The notes beneath the pieces were generated by a model. It was not told the origin of the DNA and did not search any database. It saw only the letters and a program-made list of their open reading frames with translations. A DNA stretch of 63,934 nt, counting the filler, from Octopus bimaculoides (taxonomy: Eukaryota): NCBI RefSeq assembly GCF_001194135.2. It is 7 parts of 7 records of this genome, joined end to end, with 100 filler letters (N's around TTAATTAATTAA, not from the genome) between each part and the next. Parts side by side here need not be neighbours in the genome. Positions count along the whole stretch, not along the records: positions 45,007 to 52,323 come from NC_068981.1; positions 52,424 to 62,272 come from NC_068984.1; positions 62,373 to 63,934 come from NC_069008.1; 4 more parts are not named here. One strand, written 5' to 3'. The number at the start of each line of letters is the position of its first letter. The stretch's first letter is position 1. Made by a program: the position numbers and the translations under genes. Positions 52,010 through 63,934 of this stretch are shown piece by piece.

Positions 52010-52260
52010 ACTCTTTTCCCGGTTCTACCTCTGGAATCGGTTCTGGTGAAGTAGTAATTTTTACGAAGCTGCTTGTCTTTGCGTTTCTTGCTGTTATCTA
52101 GATTATTCTGATATATCAGATCAAAATTTGTCCACTCGTTCTTTGAACACATCTACATCTACTCCTCGTAGATCTCTGAGACCTTTCGGCAAGGTATTGA
52201 ACAGTTGCGATTCTTTGAACCCTAAACTGTTACAGTAGTGGGTCCTTACTTTGGATCTTG
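52010..52260 (-). pseudogene. 3' end of the same CR1/L2-group LINE as 20930
   Basis: VRTHYCNSLGFKESQLFNTLPKGLRDLRGVDVDVFKERVDKF*. Confidence 0.8.
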
Positions 52261-52278
52261 TATACATTTACACCCAAC

Positions 52279-52323
<45 letters not shown>

Positions 52324-52481
52324 NNNNNNNNNNNNNNNNNNNNNNNNNNNNNNNNNNNNNNNNNNNNTTAATTAATTAANNNNNNNNNNNNNNNNNNNNN
52401 NNNNNNNNNNNNNNNNNNNNNNNGAAATATATTCTATTCGAATAGAAGTCAAGTCAGTATAAGTTGAGTGAAAATAACCGT

Positions 52482-52544
<63 letters not shown>
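52482..52544 (+). repeat. (TAG)n microsatellite
   Basis: Read directly. Confidence 0.95.
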
Positions 52545-52563
52545 CTGTTGTTGTTGTTGTTGT

Positions 52564-52772
52564 TTAACCTTTAGCATTCAGAATACTCTGTCAAATGTAA
52601 AGCTTATTTATTCTTGATTTTATGAATTAATCATGCATTATCTCATAACTTTGAGAGTTCGATGATATGGTTGTTTATTTCTTGAATGACATTGTAGGAT
52701 ACATGTCAGAGGATGGATTTGGCCAGTTTGAACATAAAACAGATACGGCCTGTTTAAATGCTGAAGGGTTAA
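52564..52772. mobile_element. Complete piggyBac-type MITE with TTAA at both ends
   Basis: TTAACCTTTAGCATT ... AATGCTGAAGGGTTAA. Confidence 0.85.
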
Positions 52773-52934
52773 GTGAGGTTAAAACCTTTCGAGCAGACCT
52801 GTAAGAAAAGGAATTCCATTCTAGTAGATTGCCTAATGTATCCGTCTTTACTGTTTCAGACAGTAGAGACAAAATACTTTATGTTTACTTTCATAGTAAT
52901 ATAAGCTTTTCCATGAAATTTGCGGTTAAACGTT

Positions 52935-53280
52935 GATATAAGTTAACTCTCTGGCCCCAGGAAACAAAATGGAAAAGGCGTTTCCCCAGAGGATGGTGAG
53001 GTGGATGCGCTGAAACAGCCACTCTGACTCACGGGGCTCACACATGCGGACAGTCATCTCCGCCCCGATAGCAGAGAGCAAGGATATAGTCCGGGGGCCA
53101 AGGATGCCGCAGGTCTCCACTGCCACAGTCTCGACCATAAACCTGTCCGAAAGCGACCGATACTTAGCTTGCTTTTCAAAGCCTGACAAGCAGCGGAGCC
53201 TGTGCTGATAGCTGCTGGAGAAGGTATCACAGTATTTTGTATCCCAGATGAGGTGGCCTGCCACCACAGAACAGGAAAAT
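52935..53280 (-). pseudogene. CRE-like RLE retrotransposon C-terminus
   Basis: GHLIWDTKYCDTF..KQAKYRSL..VAVETCGILG..WLFQRIHLTILWGNAFSIL resembles the WD.T..DT, VET.G..G, QR.S..IQRGNA pattern. Confidence 0.75.
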
Positions 53281-53804
53281 TTTCAGTAGAGTATAGTTTG
53301 AGATGGATTTGTTTGTAATTTCTAACAGACTGAATATAGATTTCCAATTGTATAACACTTATACAATTACTTATACAGTAATAGATTTTTTTCCAAAAAT
53401 AGATTAACTTTTTTAAAAAGAAATAGTTTTAATTAGTTAACTGAGCGACACATACTAAACTATATATAATTACAGCAAATAAATTAATATACCACATGGT
53501 CTATGAAAAAACATTTGTAAAAAAATTGGGGATCAAAGTTTGCATAACAATGAAAAAGAAGACTAAAAGAAGGCGTGAGAGCGGAAATGAAGTCGACGCA
53601 AGTGAAAGAAACGAACTGAGAAATAACGAGCTCTTACTTACTAGAGACTCTATAAGAGAGTTTAGTTTGCATGTAGTGGGGTGTTCAAACCACCATGTAG
53701 ACATGGATGATTAATGAACAAATCGAAATATTCTTGCTGTTGTTGCAGTTAGTTAATATTTCCGTCTATTTCATCATTAACTCAGTTTTTCTTCATTCAG
53801 TCAA

Positions 53805-53814
53805 ATACTGGGGG

Positions 53815-53868
<54 letters not shown>

Positions 53869-53878
53869 CCCCCAGTAT
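53805..53878. repeat. Perfect palindrome: 12-bp arms around (AT)25
   Basis: ATACTGGGGGCG-(AT)n-CGCCCCCAGTAT. Confidence 0.95.
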
Positions 53879-54591
53879 ATATATATATAGATGGCTTAGC
53901 TGGCTTAGAAGATGGCTTATCTGGCTNNNNNNNNNNNNNNNNNNNNNNNNNNNNNNNNNNNNNNNNNNNNNNNNNNNNNNNNNNNNNNNNNNNNNNNNNN
54001 NNNNNNNNNNNNNNNNNNNNNNNNNNNNNNNNNNNNNNNNNNNNNNNNNNNNNNNNNNNNNNNNNNNNNNNNNNNNNNNNNNNNNNNNNNNNNNNNNNNN
54101 NNNNNNNNNNNNNNNNNNNNNNNNTGTATGTAATACAAATAATATGTGAGTATATGCATATATACGTACATGTATGTATATACCTACATCTACATGTATA
54201 TATAGATGCATATCTGGGTACAGGACGCCACAAAAAAAAAACGTGGACTAAATGAAAAACAGAACATAAACAGAGCACAGAAAACACACAGGCCACATAG
54301 AAAACATTTCCTTCATCAGCTGCCACCATTCTGAAACTAAGCGTTTCGAAGAGTTAGGGCAGGACGCATTGTTAGAATGGCTCTTCCCGCGGAAACAAAT
54401 TAAATGAAATTTGTAATGCGGAGGAATATAGTGGCGAACAGAAAACACGACAGGAAAACGAAACAGTGAAAATAAATAAGAAGAGCTGTAAGGCCAGACG
54501 TGATAAAAATATGTATACTGAACGCTGTGTGTGTGTATGTATGTATGTAATTATGTGTGTGTATGTATGTATGTAATTATGCGTGTGTGTG

Positions 54592-54785
54592 TTTGTTTGT
54601 ATCTGCCACCCGCTACCTGTATTGGTTTGTTCACACCCCCGCCAGCTAGCGGTTTAACAAAAGAGACCGAATGAATGAGTACCAGTCTTTAAGAAATGAA
54701 TATTAGGGTCAATTCGTTCGACAAAACCCTTCAAGGCAGTGTTCCAATATGACCGCAGACCAATGACTGAAACAAATAAAAGATT
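54592..54785 (+). mobile_element. Decayed 3' half of SINE family B
   Basis: CTAGCGGTTTAACAAAAGAGACCGAAT..ATGACTGAAACAAATAAAAGA. Confidence 0.75.
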
Positions 54786-55879
54786 TAAAAAAATAATAAA
54801 ACAGAACCCGCTTCTCAAATACAGTTTGTTTTTTTCTTTGACAAAACTTCGTTATTTTATTATCTTTTCGGAGATTGCGGAAGATCAGCTGGATGATCAA
54901 CACCAGTCTCCAGGAACCATTATTATATCGAGTTTCGCAAAATGGCAGTCTCAGCCATCTAAAGTACGTTCAAGAAATAGCTTTCTTCTGCTTGGAAGTA
55001 TTGTCTATTCGTGGATGCAAAAAATGTTATTTTGTAGCATATACGTTAGTTGGTGTTGGCAAAGTTTTCGTCCGCTTTGTATCATATCTATTAATATCTG
55101 ATGCTATACGAAGGTTAAAACCAATTATTCGACTCTTGCTGTTTTGTTGCTTTGTTTCTTTTATTCTGACGATAGTTGTGTTATGGGTTCATACTGCTTC
55201 ATAACATGCTTCGTTGTGGGGAATCACCATTCCTATTTCCTCAAACATGTAAAATGTCTTTTCCTTTTTTTCTTTTCAAAGGTATCACAGTAACTTGTCA
55301 TAAATCCTATTTGGAACACTTTAAGTATAAATTTACAATCCTATAATATCATCCTTGCTAACCTCATGTCTAGGATTACTATAATTTTCAGAGGTGAAAC
55401 TTGAACCAATGGGAGCTGAAACCAATTTGAATATCACACAAAGGTTGAAGAGCTGCAGTGTGTGGGTTGAGTGTTAAGGGAGAACGAGTTTCCTCACCCC
55501 ACTAACCAGAGGGTCTGGGCATTTTTACCGCTTGTACGTTTTCTTCTGGTGTGAAGGCAGTTCGTAACAAGGGCTGAAGTGATACATGTGTGCTAGTAAG
55601 ACGTGTGACTTGTCTTTATCACTTACACTTAGAAAGTTGTGAGTCTGACTGAGAGACACAGAAGGACGAGGAACAGAAACAGGAGCAGCTATTCTTTACA
55701 AGACAACGCGTATATAAAATATTGTAAAGTAGAAGAGTGCCATTTAAAAATAAAAATAAACGCATGTTCTTATTGTCAAGTAATATTTTATTCAACCATC
55801 AGTGCTTCCATATTTGTCACTTGAAATTACTTCAGTAAGAAATTCATTGTCATTATCAATTTTGTCAAAATATTCTGAG

Positions 55880-57030
55880 CAGATTAGTGGAATGCTTATT
55901 TACAGCTCCTGCCATATTGCCCCTCTCATCTGACCACCCATAATTTACTACAGAAAGCAATTCATCTGGTGCAGAAGTACCAGGAAGACAAAGAATGTAT
56001 TCTACTACAGCACCAAGATTTTTTTTGCTAATATGTGCTTTTCATTGCAATGAACAAAAAGAAAAAAAATGTCACTTTTTTTCATGCTTAAATTTTTGTG
56101 TTGTCTAAACTTCTGCCTTAGAAGCCAAGCCTTTGCAATAACAGTTTCATCAAATATTTTATCAATATTTATTGCTTGTTTTACAGTCTTTTGGTTCATC
56201 TTAACTGTAGCCTACGCAATACTGGTCTAATATATGTCTCCATAACTTAATCACATAAACTCTTCAGCTTGTTCAATGTTCTAGATATTGGCTACATCTT
56301 TCATAAAAACTTTTAAATTCTTTCTTCGGTTGTTCAATGCATTCACCTTTTCTTCAAGTTTTCTTAACAAGGCCCTTGCATTTAGAAGCACAAGTCCAAA
56401 GAATTTTCTTTTTACTATTTTTGCAATCAGATTTTGCATTTTCAGTTTGATATCTGCCTCGTTGGAATTGTCCTTCTCTATGGCTAGAATCGATTTGTCG
56501 AAAAGGTTAAATTGTTCATGTACGAACCATAAATTCATTTCTTCAATTGTTTTGTTTTGTTTTGTTTTGTATTCTTTTTTTTTTTTCGGGAACAGATTTC
56601 AAACCTGCAAAAATGTTAAGAATTCGTAACACTGACAAAATTCTGATATTAGTATGTTGTAACAGCATTCTATATTCAACTATGACAAAACCTAGAAAGT
56701 TTTGAGACCAGCTTTGACGAACAGTTGAATGTCTTGAAACTCAATTTCTGAGAAACAGTATTTGAAATGAACAAGAGACTTTTCTAGCGCCAACGAAAAG
56801 CTCCAATTTGATTATTTCTAACTTTTTTAAGTATCTAATCGTGACAAACCAGCAACAAACTTACTTTGTACTTTTGAAATTTCAAGCGATTATTAATGTC
56901 CAACCTGCCTCAAGCACCGCTGAGAACTCTGCAAAAGAGTGGTCACATTTTACTTTGTCAGCACAAAGCTTTTTTAGAAAAGGGTAATCCTTCTTGAGTA
57001 CTTTCGTAAATGTACATGCTTTTTTCGGCA
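55880..57030 (-). pseudogene. hAT-like transposase remnant, internally deleted
   Basis: PKKACTFTKVLKKDYPFL..VKCD (zinc-finger-like N-terminus), LLQHTNIRILS (RWLS-like), VEYILCLPGTSAP..WSDER (dimerisation domain). Confidence 0.75.
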
Positions 57031-60000
57031 ATGTAAAAAGAAAAAAGAACATATATATGGAATATATAAGCATTAGATATCAAAACAAACTGAAATATGT
57101 ATTAAAATTTGTTTATTCTGGACGCATCAACACCAGGAGAAATTTTCACAATCATTGACATAGCAAGAAAAACAGTCATGAAACATGCAGAACGAATTGC
57201 TTATTCATTTATTCTATAATTTTCTTCACTCCTTGTTGCTTTAAGAAAAAGAACAATCTAACTAATATTCGTTACCTGCGAAGAAAATATATTTCTTTCC
57301 TTTATTCTATTCTTAAATATCTTATAGAGTCCTCGTTTTTGTCAGTATTCCATCTATTCCGAACATTTGCCATTATTATCTGCTCATATTCGTGTACTAA
57401 ATGTTATAAAAATAGGTTATATGTTTACACTTTTAAACAAACTGAGGCATTCTAATATGAAACGTAGTCGCATGAAAAAAAGAAGAATAAAAATGTAAGT
57501 ATACAACAAAATACACACATACATTTCAAAAGCAAACAGTCGAATGAGATTGCCAGAACTTTTCATTTGTTAGAACCCATGCCAAGTTAGTCTTCACGTC
57601 AATTAAACCTAATTTAACATTATACCATTCTTCTGCAATACAATCTACCATGAATCTTTTAATGGAATCCAACAAATTTTCTTGTCAAGCAACCTACTAT
57701 CTCTGGCGAGAGAGAATTCTTCAGTTTGAAGAGACGGAAACAGATTCACATCTATGTAGCTAAGACCAGGTTTACTTAGTACTAAAGATATTTACTGAAA
57801 CATTTATTTTTGTAAATTCATAGAAGTGACCGTTCACCAATTATGTGAATCAACAATAAAGGAACGTTAAATGCATAAAGAAGTGGTAAGTGCTGGATGC
57901 TACCATGTTGTTACAGAGGAGTAATATTCTCTAGTTATATTACGATCGTTCTTTTATGTATATCGCGTTCAGAAATGTTTTCAAGGCAGACATGATCGTA
58001 TAGTTAAGTTGTTCAGAGTCACACTTATCACTTGTTGAATTCTACTAATTCTTACGACATTATGGGCAAGAGTTTCCTTGTACAGCTTCGAATCCGAACT
58101 GAATCTTGGTGTGTGAAAATTACAGAAATCCGTTGGATGGATTTTACATGTTTTGGAGCGGTAGACTTGTCACTCAGTTTAACACCACCATCTGGCTTTC
58201 GTGATGTTCTCTCAAATGTGTATATTCGGTCCAGATTTCCAGTCTCTTCTCGGTCACCTACCATTCTTGGAAGACTACAAGAAGATAATAGGCGTTGTCT
58301 TTTCTCTTCTGACAAGGCCGTAAAATATTGGCCCAAGGTAAGCATTATTTACAATATAACACTTCTCTCTTCAGAAATTAAGCTATTTTGTTGTAGTTCT
58401 AAACTAACACCCTTTTACTATTAAAACGATTGTTGACTTTTTATAACTATAGATCACATGGGCTATATACAAACGATCTTCTGAAAGGCGGGTATTGAAA
58501 AAAACTAGTAATGAAAATACATTTTTCATTTTAGAGCCCGGAAACATCTTAACTCTGAGTAGTTACTCACACTTAGCAAAGCAAATAGTCACACTACATG
58601 AAAAACTGTTACTAAATCAGTGTCTTGCTTCTAAAATCGTATTCAAAGACAGCCATATATCACATAAACAAATCTTCACTTACATAAATTCTAGCTCTTA
58701 ACTTCGTTTCTTGCGTCACCATTCTTATAATACTAAGTACAGCTTTAAATAGAAGTGAATGGCAGAATCAGTAACCGCACCAGCCACAATATCTAGTAGC
58801 ATTTATTTCTATATATTATAAGATCAAATCCGAACGGGAGTCAATTTATTTTTCTTTCATTCTTTTAGGACGAGGAGAGAGATATTGAAGAGATAGCGTG
58901 AGTGGGATGGAATATAGAAGAGATGGTGTTTGTACGGGTGCGTGTGTGAGTAAACTAATTAATGTCTCTTTAATCGACTATATCAACCCGCAGAATTAGC
59001 GATCGTTTGCCAATGCCACAAATCAATATACTACATGAATGCTTAAAATTTTTTCTTCCTTACTGGCTAGCACCATCTTTATCGCTCTTCAACCAACAGC
59101 TTTTTTAACTATTAGCATTCCTCTTCAGTGCATCTCTACGCTAAATTCTTTTGGATAATTTTTACCTGTAAGATATAGGCAAAGCGATGTTGATAGAGCT
59201 TTGACACTTTCAGCCAAAATCTCACTTGTATAATGCTGATTCAATAGCTTTCTTTTTTAGACCAGAATAGTCGACATGACAACTCTTAAATGTAGCTGTC
59301 AGATTGTCTTTCTGACGTTTTATGAATTTCCATTTGTTTCTTCTAGACCAGAGAAAAAGTTGTTTTGCGAAATTGAAATCATCTGCGCAAGGCAGCTCAC
59401 CTATTCAGCAAGCACTTTTTGACGGCGCACCCCAGGTAAGAGACTTTGACCTTTTCTAAAGATACAAATTTGTAACGTTGTCTGTTCAGTCTAGAAACGA
59501 TTTTATAAAAGTAACACGGCAGGAAAACTTTCATTTGGTATTTGTAACGTCTGCTTCTAAAAATATGAGTTAGAAAGTATATGGATACCTCTCGATATAA
59601 GATGTATAAGAAGTGAGTCGAATCAGTAATGTACACGGATTAATTCACTTATTACTTACAAAAGTCGAGCTTGTTACGTTACGATTGTTTAGCCACGAAA
59701 TAAGCCTTGATCGAATCACAGTTATGATCAAAGGTGTTCCATCCATGTTCTTCCCGTTATTTGTGTTCTTAGGGCTACAGTTTCCAATATGTCCATCCTT
59801 TTTTTAAAATAGTAAAATTGCTTTGAGAAACTTGGCTGTTATTTTTCTATGTAGTCGAGTGACCACATAGAAATTCCTTCGTTGGATTGTTGCTATGTAA
59901 AAAAGAAAAAAGCGCTTTGTTTTAGCAATAATAGCTGTTGGTTCGAATCAAATTCTCACCTATGTTTTACCATATATAAGATAAAAGTGGATTTTTTTGT

Positions 60001-60199
60001 GCAAGAATATGACGAAAATATTGATTTGTTACATAGGCACAATGCTTAAATTTAGGAGGAAAGAACAATCGAATATATCGACCAGAGTATTTGATTAGTA
60101 CTTTGCGATGAACAATTCTGTTGCTTATTCGCACTATGATCATAGACATTATAAATTTAAGATAGTCTTCGTTCTCAAACTATTACTTCAAATTAGGCT

Positions 60200-60305
<106 letters not shown>

Positions 60306-60374
60306 ATACATACATACATACATACATACATACATACATAAATACATATATACGTACGTACGTACGTACGTACA

Positions 60375-60810
60375 TGTAAACTTCACTTTTTATTTATACC
60401 TATGTTTATTGGGACATTTTGTTATGTAACTAACTGCGTCGACACCAATCTTGAGAAACTAGGCTACACAAAACCAGAAAGGAAATGGTTAATTAAGAAA
60501 TTACAATTACTAGCTATTAATAGAACTGTGAAAATATGTAAAACATTGCAGACGTTTAGCTCGTAGATTTATACATACGTATAGACATGCAAACATAAAC
60601 ATATGTGATGTGTACACATACATAATTCAAAACATACCGATCTACATATGTAAATGACATGCATGCGCACATACATATATGTGCAGAAACGTGCATGCAT
60701 ATCCACCTACTTAGTGTCTAAATTCCAATGAAAACATTTTGTTTTGGGATTGGAAACGAGTTCTTTTATTAATGGTGAGAAATTTTTAAGACGAAACCAG
60801 AAGAACGAAC
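60375..60810 (+). pseudogene. 5'-truncated family-3 R4/Dong-like end with 3' UTR between (CATA)n tracts
   Basis: FIPMFIGTFCYVTNCVDTNLEKLGYTKPERKWLIKKLQ..TVKICKTLQTF* aligns with the 49440-49600 peptide. Confidence 0.8.
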
Positions 60811-61370
60811 ATACATACATACATACATACATACATACATACATACATACATACATACATGCTTACAGACATATATACATACATACATACACATACAAAC
60901 ACACACACACATACATACATACATGCATACATACATACATACATACATACATACATGCATACATACACAAAGAGACTACAGGGTGAACTGGATATCTGTG
61001 GATACAACTTCAATGGGTTAAATATGGAATGTAAACCAACATGACGTTATGCAGAGTCAGATTTAAGTTTCTCATTTTTTTTTCAGACTATCGACAGTAT
61101 CAACTTGGCGACACTCCACTCTCACACAAGAAAGGAAAAGGCACACACTACTCGTAGCCATAGTTACTAAGTACAGGGACTCAGAGCTCATCAGCTTCTT
61201 GAATTTAACCGACTCTTCCATGCTCATAATTAAAAAAAAAAGGGCCGGTTGCTTCTGGCGGGGACGCGTCATCTATAGTTAAAAGAAACATTCTTAGCTG
61301 TCACATGTCGACAGGACGGCCAAGTTAATCTTGCAAGTCCATGATATCATCAACAAAACCCTCTAGCAGG

Positions 61371-61879
61371 CAGGGCCAGATTTAGACATCGTGGAACCCT
61401 TGGGTACGAAGAGATCCTACGATTTTGCAAATTCAAAGTATAATGAGATAAAAGGGCTCTTTAAATCTAGAGGCCCCAAACAATTTGAAGCGGCTCCCAA
61501 AACTTAAAAGGGCCCCAGTAGATTCAGAGGAAATCAGTTAAATGTAAAGGCTTTTTAAATCTAAAAGAGCCCAATACATCGAAAGATGGCTCAATAATTT
61601 TAAAAGAACTCTATTGAATTTTAAAAATATAAATTAGTAAAAATAATTACAAATTCGATTGCTGTAAATATATTTTTTCATCTTTAACTCCAAGTATTTT
61701 GCGTCTCTTGCTAAAGCCTTAGCCCCAGTGCTTGGAGCCCACCATGCTTGGGGCCACTAAGCTTGGGACCCACAAAGCTTGGGGCCCACTAAGCTTGGGA
61801 CCTACAAAGCTTGGAGCCCACCAAGTTTGGAAGTCTCTGGATCTTGGCCCAAGTTGACCTATACATAAATCCGGCCCTG
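61371..61879. mobile_element. hAT-type non-autonomous element with internal 16-bp array
   Basis: TIRs CAGGGCCAGATTTA / TAAATCCGGCCCTG (13/14); flanks CTAGCAGG / CCAGCTGG (6/8, degenerate 8-bp TSD). Confidence 0.85.
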
Positions 61880-62050
61880 CCAGCTGGTCAACGAGGTTCA
61901 TCCTCGAGCGGCTCAAAATGGCGGAATTCACTATCGGACGAAGCAAAGGAATTTCTACATGATTTGGCAAGACCGGGAAAACAGCATGATCATGTAACCC
62001 CTAACATTCGAGCTTGTTACTACCACCTGCATGGTTGTGATCCCTATTAT

Positions 62051-62087
<37 letters not shown>

Positions 62088-62372
62088 TTGAAATATGAGG
62101 GGACCTATGTGAGTTGTCTCGCTTGACTATGACTTACTTTCAGGTGTTTTTCACACCAAACACATAGAAAATATATTCTCTTACGCCTAAAAACTGCAGC
62201 CGACCCACGAACTAACAACGCACATATCTTATGTGTGTGTGTTCGATTATATATATATATATATATATATATNNNNNNNNNNNNNNNNNNNNNNNNNNNN
62301 NNNNNNNNNNNNNNNNTTAATTAATTAANNNNNNNNNNNNNNNNNNNNNNNNNNNNNNNNNNNNNNNNNNNN

Positions 62373-62399
62373 AGACGGAAACTGAAAGAAACCCATCGT

Positions 62400-62447
<48 letters not shown>

Positions 62448-62660
62448 ATTTGTGTGTCTGTGTTTGTCCCCCCCACCATCGCTTGACAACTGATGGTGGT
62501 CTGTTTACGTCCCCGTAACTTAGCGGTTCGGCAAAAGAGACTGATAGAATAAGTACTAGGCTTCCAAAGAATAAGTCCTGGGGTCGATTTGCTCAACTAA
62601 AGGCGGTGCTCCAGCATGGCCGCAGTCAAATGACTGAAACAAGTAAAAGAGTAAAAGAGT
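62373..62660 (+). mobile_element. SINE family B (5' end in gap)
   Basis: Close match to 48324-48808; GAGTAAAA tail repeat. Confidence 0.92.
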
Positions 62661-62999
62661 ATTGGAGATGTAGAAGGCTTATATGCCCCAATGTCTTCAG
62701 TCGTTGAGCAGTGATCACTTATAAGCTTTAAGCCTATAAAAAAGATATTATTATTTACAGAATTGTAAAATTCAGCACAGCTTATCGTAATTATGTTTAT
62801 AATTATAAAACTTTTGTATAAGTTTACCGATAATGGTTTTTTTAACGTACCGAACTACTTGGTAAAATTATTAATTAATTACTAAATTTTACCCTATATC
62901 TGTAAAGATATATATATTTGTATGTATGTATGTACGTATGAATATATATGAATGTATGTTTGTGTGTTTGTATTTGCACTCTCATACAAAAGTCACCCA

Positions 63000-63435
63000 A
63001 AAATGTATGCTTTCTACGCAGTAGAAGCACTGGAGCAATTCCTTATGAGCACACCTGAAACTCAGTCTCATATTTGCACAGATGGCTCATTAAAAGTAGT
63101 TGCTAGCATTTGTTACCTAGGAGATGTAATTAGCAAGGGAGGTAGTTGATCTGAAAGTACATATATGCTAAATTAAGAACTAGTTGGAGAAAGTTCAGGA
63201 AGCTACTATCATTGATAACAACAAAGAACTTTTCTCTAAGAGGGAAGACCATATTGTATGATGCTTATGCGAAGAATTGCAATGCTGCATAGTAACGGGA
63301 CTTGGGCCTTGAATGCAGAGGACTTGAGAAGATTGGGGGCAAAAATGAAGTGAGAATGTTCCACTGTATGTGCAATGTGGGTGTGCATAACAGAATTAAT
63401 ACAAAGGTGCTAAGTGGAAAACTGGGCATTAGGTG
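63000..63435 (+). pseudogene. RTE-clade LINE RT C-terminal remnant
   Basis: GSLKVVASICYLGDVISKGG, WRKFRKLL, LYDAY, NEVRMFHCMCNV, LSGKLGIR across frameshifts. Confidence 0.8.
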
Positions 63436-63583
63436 CAGGTATGGCCGTGTGGTAAGTAGCTTGCTTCCCAACCACATGATTCAGGATTCAGTCCCACTGC
63501 GTGGCACCTTGAGCAAGTGTCTTCTACTAAAGTCTCAGCTTTGTGAGTGGATTTGGTAGATGGAAACTGAAAGAAGTCCATCC

Positions 63584-63585
<2 letters not shown>
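63436..63585 (+). mobile_element. 5' half of SINE family B ending in (CA)n
   Basis: GGCCGTGTGGTAAGTAGCTTGCTTCCCAACCACATG..GGAAACTGAAAGAAG. Confidence 0.9.
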
Positions 63586-63657
<72 letters not shown>

Positions 63658-63934
63658 TATATGTATTTATGTATATCTATGTATATGTTAAAGTATGCAT
63701 ATATATGTGGGTTTTTACGGTTTTTATATTTTTATATCTTTATATTTTAACTTAACCTTATGAACTTTATAAAATCTCTGAAGAGGCCTAGAGAATCATC
63801 CATGTACCTCTATTTCATCTAGTAATTACTTCAGTCTACTGGAGTGATAATGATAGAATGAGTCATGTCACCCCTAGACTGAAACAGCTGTAAGACATTA
63901 TCCCATTTTCTGTCACTATATGTCATGTTTTTAA

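Noticed and set aside
59125-59400. Apparent minus-strand transposase-like frame
   Set aside because: On careful translation it stops after about 60 codons and has no recognisable motif.

Overview
AT-rich, heavily gapped eukaryotic DNA dominated by microsatellites and decayed mobile elements. The SINE/MITE repertoire looks octopus/cephalopod-like, which is an inference from recall and was not checked by search. No intact protein-coding gene, tRNA/rRNA gene or CRISPR array is supported. Almost all listed ORFs are microsatellite or N-gap artefacts. Recognisable coding remnants are all transposon-derived: R4/Dong-like and CRE-like RLE non-LTR elements, Tx1/L1, CR1/L2-group, RTE, Tc1, mariner and hAT. 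One candidate terminal host exon lies at 28768-28989. Six 100-bp N44-TTAATTAATTAA-N44 pads are artificial joins, so adjacency across them is unreliable. The most interesting pattern is a set of RLE retrotransposon lineages tied to specific microsatellites: two sit in (TAA)n and a third is bracketed by (CATA)n. Alongside them are a (TAA)n-abutting element with no recognisable ORF that shares a 55-bp block with an RLE remnant, and a SINE that sits in the same trinucleotide tracts with opposite polarity.
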